Below are positions 16,326 through 20,000 of a stretch of 20,000 nucleotides of DNA, piece after piece; positions within the stretch are counted from its first letter, which is position 1, and each line of letters begins with the position of its first letter. This stretch comes from an uncultured virus (IMG/VR IMGVR_UViG_3300034082_001676) (Duplodnaviria; Heunggongvirae; Uroviricota; Caudoviricetes). The stretch covers positions 52,578 through 72,577 of IMG/VR virus record IMGVR_UViG_3300034082_001676; one strand, 5' to 3'. Both the position numbers and the translations under genes were made by a program. A model generated the notes under the pieces. That model was not told where the DNA came from and searched no databases. It worked only from the letters and a program-made list of their open reading frames with translations.

Positions 16326-16402
16326 ATACTGCCATCGGGTCTAGTGCTAAGGTGTACCCAGGGTAAGATACACCAAGTTTTTGAAGGATATTTTGATTGC
16401 AT
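16256..16402 (-). pseudogene. Chimeric 48-aa mini-ORF joining the ends of two different radical SAM genes
   Basis: MQSKYPSKTWCILPWVHLSTRPDGS-I-PVRCPFNSCFCTHDMKARKFKI*. First half matches the N-terminus of 14219-15619, second half the C-terminus of 17247-18272. Confidence 0.85.
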
Positions 16403-16412
16403 GTAATATGTA

Positions 16413-17183
16413 TTAAATAATTTTTTTAAGAGATTCGTTTATGATTTCTCCTAATTTTTTATTTCCTAGATTAGAAAAATGTCTGAGATAAGATCTAGGC
16501 AGCTCGATTTCCGAACTTAAATTCTTCAATGAATCATTTTTAATTTCATAGTATAAATTTGATGGCAAATCTAATCGAGTGGCCTTTGGCAAATTTTCAG
16601 AATTGGCATGCGGTTCAAATAATGAAAATACAAAAGATTTTAAATTATATTGTTCTATAGTTTGATTTATATAAGCCAAAGAAAATTTAACTAAATTTTT
16701 GTATGTAATTGATTCTAATATATCAAGTTTAAAATCAGTTGGTAAGGATGGGATTCCATAGTGATGTTCGCATATAGCGTCCAAGGTAGTAGGATTCTTT
16801 GAAAATACAGATTGCGGAGGGATAGAAAAAGCAGACCTGTGTTTTATTAACAGCTCTCTTCCCTCAATCTCTTTAGATGAATCTTCTCGCCAAGAAAAAT
16901 CTTGTTTTCTTAAAACAAATCGAGGTTCTGAAGTTTCCTGAATAATTAACATCGAGTAATCTTTTAATTTGCCGTTGGAATGCAAATCGTTGAGAGTCTC
17001 AGCAAAAGTGGTATAGCCACCACCACCATATGCAAAAACATCAATTTCTAAATCTTTTAAGCATTTTAAAGAATCATACCATCCGTACGATGAAACAATG
17101 CTCTCTTTAATTGATGATTTTTCATCTCTAGCGTAAGAACCTTGAGTAAGACTACATCCTAATATTAAAACTTTTTTACTCAT
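16413..17183 (-). CDS. SGNH/GDSL-like hydrolase or acyltransferase, 256 aa (start reassigned to ATG 17183)
   Basis: VLILGCSLTQG (block I), FAYGGGG (block II-like), LIIQET, C-terminal RHFSNLGNKKLG (block V His); AAGGA RBS. Confidence 0.65.
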   Translation of the reverse strand: MSKKVLILGCSLTQGSYARDEKSSIKESIVSSYGWYDSLKCLKDLEIDVFAYGGGGYTTFAETLNDLHSNGKLKDYSMLIIQETSEPRFVLRKQDFSWREDSSKEIEGRELLIKHRSAFSIPPQSVFSKNPTTLDAICEHHYGIPSLPTDFKLDILESITYKNLVKFSLAYINQTIEQYNLKSFVFSLFEPHANSENLPKATRLDLPSNLYYEIKNDSLKNLSSEIELPRSYLRHFSNLGNKKLGEIINESLKKII

Positions 17184-17184
17184 C

Positions 17185-17250
17185 TTATTTTTCCTTGATA
17201 ACAAAGAAATTTAATATAATTTCTTGTTCGTTGTTTTGTGAATATTTCAT
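17185..17250 (-). pseudogene. Truncated FkbM 5' stub, 21 aa
   Basis: MKYSQNNEQEIILNFF-VIKEK*; first 16 codons identical to 15621-16259; stop lies 1 nt before the SGNH ATG. Confidence 0.85.
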
Positions 17251-17316
17251 ATTTTAAATTTTCGTGCTTTCATATCGTGTGTGCAGAAACAAGAATTAAA
17301 CGGGCATCTTACCGGT
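17203..17316. repeat. Direct repeat, copy B
   Basis: See copy A; spans the radical SAM stop / FkbM start junction. Confidence 0.97.
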
Positions 17317-18272
17317 TCAAAGGGCCAAGTTAGTTCATCAAGATTATCTCTCTTCCAATTTCCTATTGGTGGACGTACATAACACATGGCATCCCTTCGT
17401 ATGTCTCCATTTTGTTCTAGATATAATGTATCTATACCAACAAAACAATTCCATCCCTTCCAATTATTTTGTTTTAGAGAAATAACTTCTTCAGCGTTTT
17501 GTATCTTGATTTCTTTGGTAACTGAGTTTCGCCATAATGTACTTTCCCAATTGGGTCCTTTTGGGGTATTTATTACCTTGCCGGCCTTGGGAAAGAATGT
17601 TGGATTGTCTTCTAACCATTTCCATTCTAGATCAGAATAAGGCCATCGATCATGGTTGCCTTGTTCCCCTATTAATGTTAACGGTCTTGCTCGTATTAAT
17701 TCAAACTTGCCATTTTCTACCATATAGTCAATGGTGTCTAAACACTTTTGCCAATGACTGGGTAACATCAGCATCAGTGCATGACTTTTTACATTGTTTT
17801 CTGTCAGTACATTCAATACATCAGTGCAATGTTCCTTTTCTGCAAACTCTGCATGAACACTCAAGGTAATATATTCAAAATATTTTCCATACTCTTGCCA
17901 CCATCTAACAGTTCTAACTCCGTTGGTAACTAGACAAACAGTATTACCTAAAGAATATATTAATTCTATAACTCTTTCAATGTCTTTCCAAAGTGTTACT
18001 TCTCCGCCTAGCAGTTCAAATTGAATTTTCTTCTTGTTGTAGGGGGCACTTTTATATATCTGATCAATTTTATTAATAATTTTAGCAGCCTGTTCATAAC
18101 TGGGCCAAGGGTATGTTCCGTCTTTACATCCTGGGGGGCAATAAACACAATTATTGGTACAGATGTTTCCTACCTGAAAACAAACTCTGAGATAATCTGA
18201 TTGCTCTGCTGTTTGTTGATCAAAAGGTTTGGTATTTTTTAATAACCATTGATTGTAGACATCAGTTGTCAT
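17247..18272 (-). CDS. Radical SAM protein with C-terminal Cys region, 341 aa
   Basis: CTNNCVYC, LLGGEVT, LVTNG, LSVHAE; C-terminal NCFVG...DAMC...RCPFNSCFCTHD. Confidence 0.92.
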   Translation of the reverse strand: MTTDVYNQWLLKNTKPFDQQTAEQSDYLRVCFQVGNICTNNCVYCPPGCKDGTYPWPSYEQAAKIINKIDQIYKSAPYNKKKIQFELLGGEVTLWKDIERVIELIYSLGNTVCLVTNGVRTVRWWQEYGKYFEYITLSVHAEFAEKEHCTDVLNVLTENNVKSHALMLMLPSHWQKCLDTIDYMVENGKFELIRARPLTLIGEQGNHDRWPYSDLEWKWLEDNPTFFPKAGKVINTPKGPNWESTLWRNSVTKEIKIQNAEEVISLKQNNWKGWNCFVGIDTLYLEQNGDIRRDAMCYVRPPIGNWKRDNLDELTWPFEPVRCPFNSCFCTHDMKARKFKI

Positions 18273-18333
18273 TAGTAATTTTTCTCTCTCTTATATCGTG
18301 TATGCATACACATCCCATATCTACATATTTCAC
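18262..18333 (-). pseudogene. 23-aa mini-ORF, probable relic of a deleted radical SAM gene
   Basis: GTG start overlapping the upstream TGA: MKYVDMGCVCIHDIRERKITNDN*. GCVCIHDIRERK aligns with SCFCTHDMKARK of the adjacent gene. Confidence 0.6.
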
Positions 18334-19499
18334 TTAAATTGCTCCTTGAATGCATCATATTTAGTACCGCAGGTTTTAGCACAGACTGCCAGTTTGCCGT
18401 CAGCACAACTAGATTTGCCCCAACTCTCGGGAATAACTTCTTGAAAGTATCTGCCATCAACTATGCTTTCTAGACTGTGATCAATGGCATTTAATGTGTC
18501 TTTGCCCACTTCATCGATGGCCGTCCATATTTGACCACCGTGCTCATTCCAATACCAAACATACATCTGATTGGCTGTCCAGCAGCAGGGTTGTACAATG
18601 CCCTCTGCTGAAATGTAAAGACTTTTTTCTTCTTGCACCTTGCATTTTATTTCTGCTTCGTCCCAGACACGTTCCATGGGTTTTTTCTTTAGAGGGTCTC
18701 TGTGGAACGTCTGTGAGTACAGCGTGTCTTTTACATCGACCACTCTGCTGGGCAAAAACTTCAAGGGTTGATTGTTTTTACTGATCTTGCTGAGTTCGTC
18801 GATTACTGAATTTCTGTATTTGGGATTGGTTGGAGGTTGCAACAGTGTAGTAGCCAGTCCTCGACGATTGGCAGCCTGATGCATTTCTTTGGTCATCCCG
18901 CTGCTATTACTGAAAAATCTAGCAGACTTCTTGTATTGGAAACGCTCAAAACCCATGTCTTTGCTAAGAGCTTCTGCAGCTTCTACCTGATGTTCATTGT
19001 GAGCAAACACAATGTAGTCCCAACGAGCACGACCACCTGCGGCAATAAAAGCTCGTGCATTTTCCATTATCTTTGACCATACAGTGCCCTGTCGGTACAG
19101 GTGGTTAGTGTCTTCTAGGCCGTCTAGACTGAATACCACATAGCCCTTGGGTCCTATCACCCGAGCCAACTCTGCCCACCATTCAGGTCGCTTGGCTGAA
19201 GCATTAGTATGCATACTAAGGTTGATGTTGGGGTTGGTAGTTCTAAAATAACTCAGTGCTTCTAGAGTATCTCGAGCTGCGATTGGATCTCCAAAATTGC
19301 CGCAGAGATAGATCCTATCCAACTGCCTAACAAACTCAGGATCAAATATCTTTTCTATGGCTGCTAGATCAAGTTCAGCGGCGGGCATCTGTGGGTTAAC
19401 TTCTCCCCCATTGATGTTGCGTGAGCACATGGGACAACTGGCATTACAGGCTGCTGTGATTTCTAGATGTACTGTTTTAATTTCGTTGTATCTGTACAT
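18330..19499 (-). CDS. Radical SAM protein with C-terminal SPASM/twitch-like Cys region, 389 aa (start probably ATG 19499)
   Basis: HLEITAACNASCPMC, YLCGNFGDP, MHTNAS, FSLDGLEDTNHLYR; C-terminal IKCK...GIVQPCCW...SSC...VCAKTC. Confidence 0.92.
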   Translation of the reverse strand: MYRYNEIKTVHLEITAACNASCPMCSRNINGGEVNPQMPAAELDLAAIEKIFDPEFVRQLDRIYLCGNFGDPIAARDTLEALSYFRTTNPNINLSMHTNASAKRPEWWAELARVIGPKGYVVFSLDGLEDTNHLYRQGTVWSKIMENARAFIAAGGRARWDYIVFAHNEHQVEAAEALSKDMGFERFQYKKSARFFSNSSGMTKEMHQAANRRGLATTLLQPPTNPKYRNSVIDELSKISKNNQPLKFLPSRVVDVKDTLYSQTFHRDPLKKKPMERVWDEAEIKCKVQEEKSLYISAEGIVQPCCWTANQMYVWYWNEHGGQIWTAIDEVGKDTLNAIDHSLESIVDGRYFQEVIPESWGKSSCADGKLAVCAKTCGTKYDAFKEQFK

Positions 19500-19501
19500 G
19501 A

Positions 19502-19861
19502 TCAATCCCAATACATTTTATTGTTCTGTTGATAAAAATAATCTTTTTTAACATTAAGCATATCTAGGTAATCTACTCTATGATGCATCCCTATGCCATT
19601 CTTATTGGCAGTCAATCTTACATAGTTAGCAGAACCGGCCTCAGGACGAGCAGTAGTTGTTTTATGTAGAATACTCCAGTGTACTCCAGAATAAACTGCA
19701 TTGATGCCCTGTGGTTTATCCCAGGTACTGATGAATTCGTTGAACTCGTCAATGGTAAAGGAATATTCAGTTACCAAAGAATCACTGATCCTTACACTGA
19801 AACTCACCTTGTTTTTTTCTTTAAACAGGTATATTTTTAAATTGCTGGAGAAGGCTAACAT
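19502..19861 (-). CDS. Hypothetical protein, 119 aa
   Basis: Fills the gap in the operon, abutting both neighbours; no recognised motif. Confidence 0.75.
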   Translation of the reverse strand: MLAFSSNLKIYLFKEKNKVSFSVRISDSLVTEYSFTIDEFNEFISTWDKPQGINAVYSGVHWSILHKTTTARPEAGSANYVRLTANKNGIGMHHRVDYLDMLNVKKDYFYQQNNKMYWD

Positions 19862-19864
19862 TTA

Positions 19865-20000
19865 TTATTCTACTATCAGTTTAACATCTCGACCCGGTCC
19901 TGTGCAACTGGGAAGATCACCGTACTGAGCCACATAGTCTCGGATCACGGCCTTGTACCAGTTTTCGCTGTTGTGATGAGCCTGCTGATTGTACTTGTAG
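19865..20000 (-). CDS. Partial hypothetical protein (3' end only)
   Basis: Open frame from the window edge: YKYNQQAHHNSENWYKAVIRDYVAQYGDLPSCTGPGRDVKLIVE*; stop lies 3 nt before the next ATG. Confidence 0.65.
   Translation of the reverse strand, partial: YKYNQQAHHNSENWYKAVIRDYVAQYGDLPSCTGPGRDVKLIVE

Noticed and set aside
16310..17202. IS or transposon with target-site duplication
   Set aside because: No transposase or terminal inverted repeats, and the duplication is far longer than typical TSDs.
16212..17316. Diversity-generating retroelement TR/VR pair
   Set aside because: 98 bp are identical; the three mismatches are synonymous and not all at adenines; no reverse transcriptase is visible.
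6074..19928. Plus-strand and alternate-frame ORFs in the right half (e.g. 14941-15228, 17537-17869, 18272-18460)
   Set aside because: They lie largely within well-supported minus-strand genes and lack credible RBS or motifs.
1..20000. Stop-codon reassignment, tRNA or rRNA genes
   Set aside because: Standard code gives near-complete coding density with TAA, TAG and TGA all used as stops; no gap has a cloverleaf or rRNA signature.

Overview
This window looks like part of a large dsDNA phage genome, probably T4-like and aquatic (inferred from gene density, a TAAATA late-promoter-like motif and an RNA ligase; no hallmark structural gene is present). It has two convergent halves. (1) 1-5352, + strand: a dense accessory array of small hypothetical genes. 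Six are paralogues built from three conserved blocks (MNERIxELA / KFAELIVxEC / IKEHFGVEE) separated by hypervariable segments. Gene junctions are marked by seven copies of an 18-bp motif (TTYGGAGTTGAAGAATGA) that combines RBS, stop and start, and the motif also ends unrelated genes. A perfect sigma70 promoter overlapped by a palindrome precedes an Rnl5/DRB0094-type RNA ligase. (2) 5342-20000, - strand: a tightly coupled >14-kb enzyme cluster. It holds eight radical SAM genes of three architectures (four with an N-terminal twitch-like Cys domain), a multi-domain protein ending in a 2OG-Fe(II) hydroxylase domain, an FkbM methyltransferase, an SDR-like protein, an SGNH-like hydrolase, a YqgE/AlgH (DUF179) gene and an 80-aa basic protein behind a TAAATA motif. 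The cluster carries clear recombination scars: a 98-bp perfect direct repeat and three in-frame mini-ORFs made of gene ends. Its substrate is unknown and it is the best candidate for an undescribed system.
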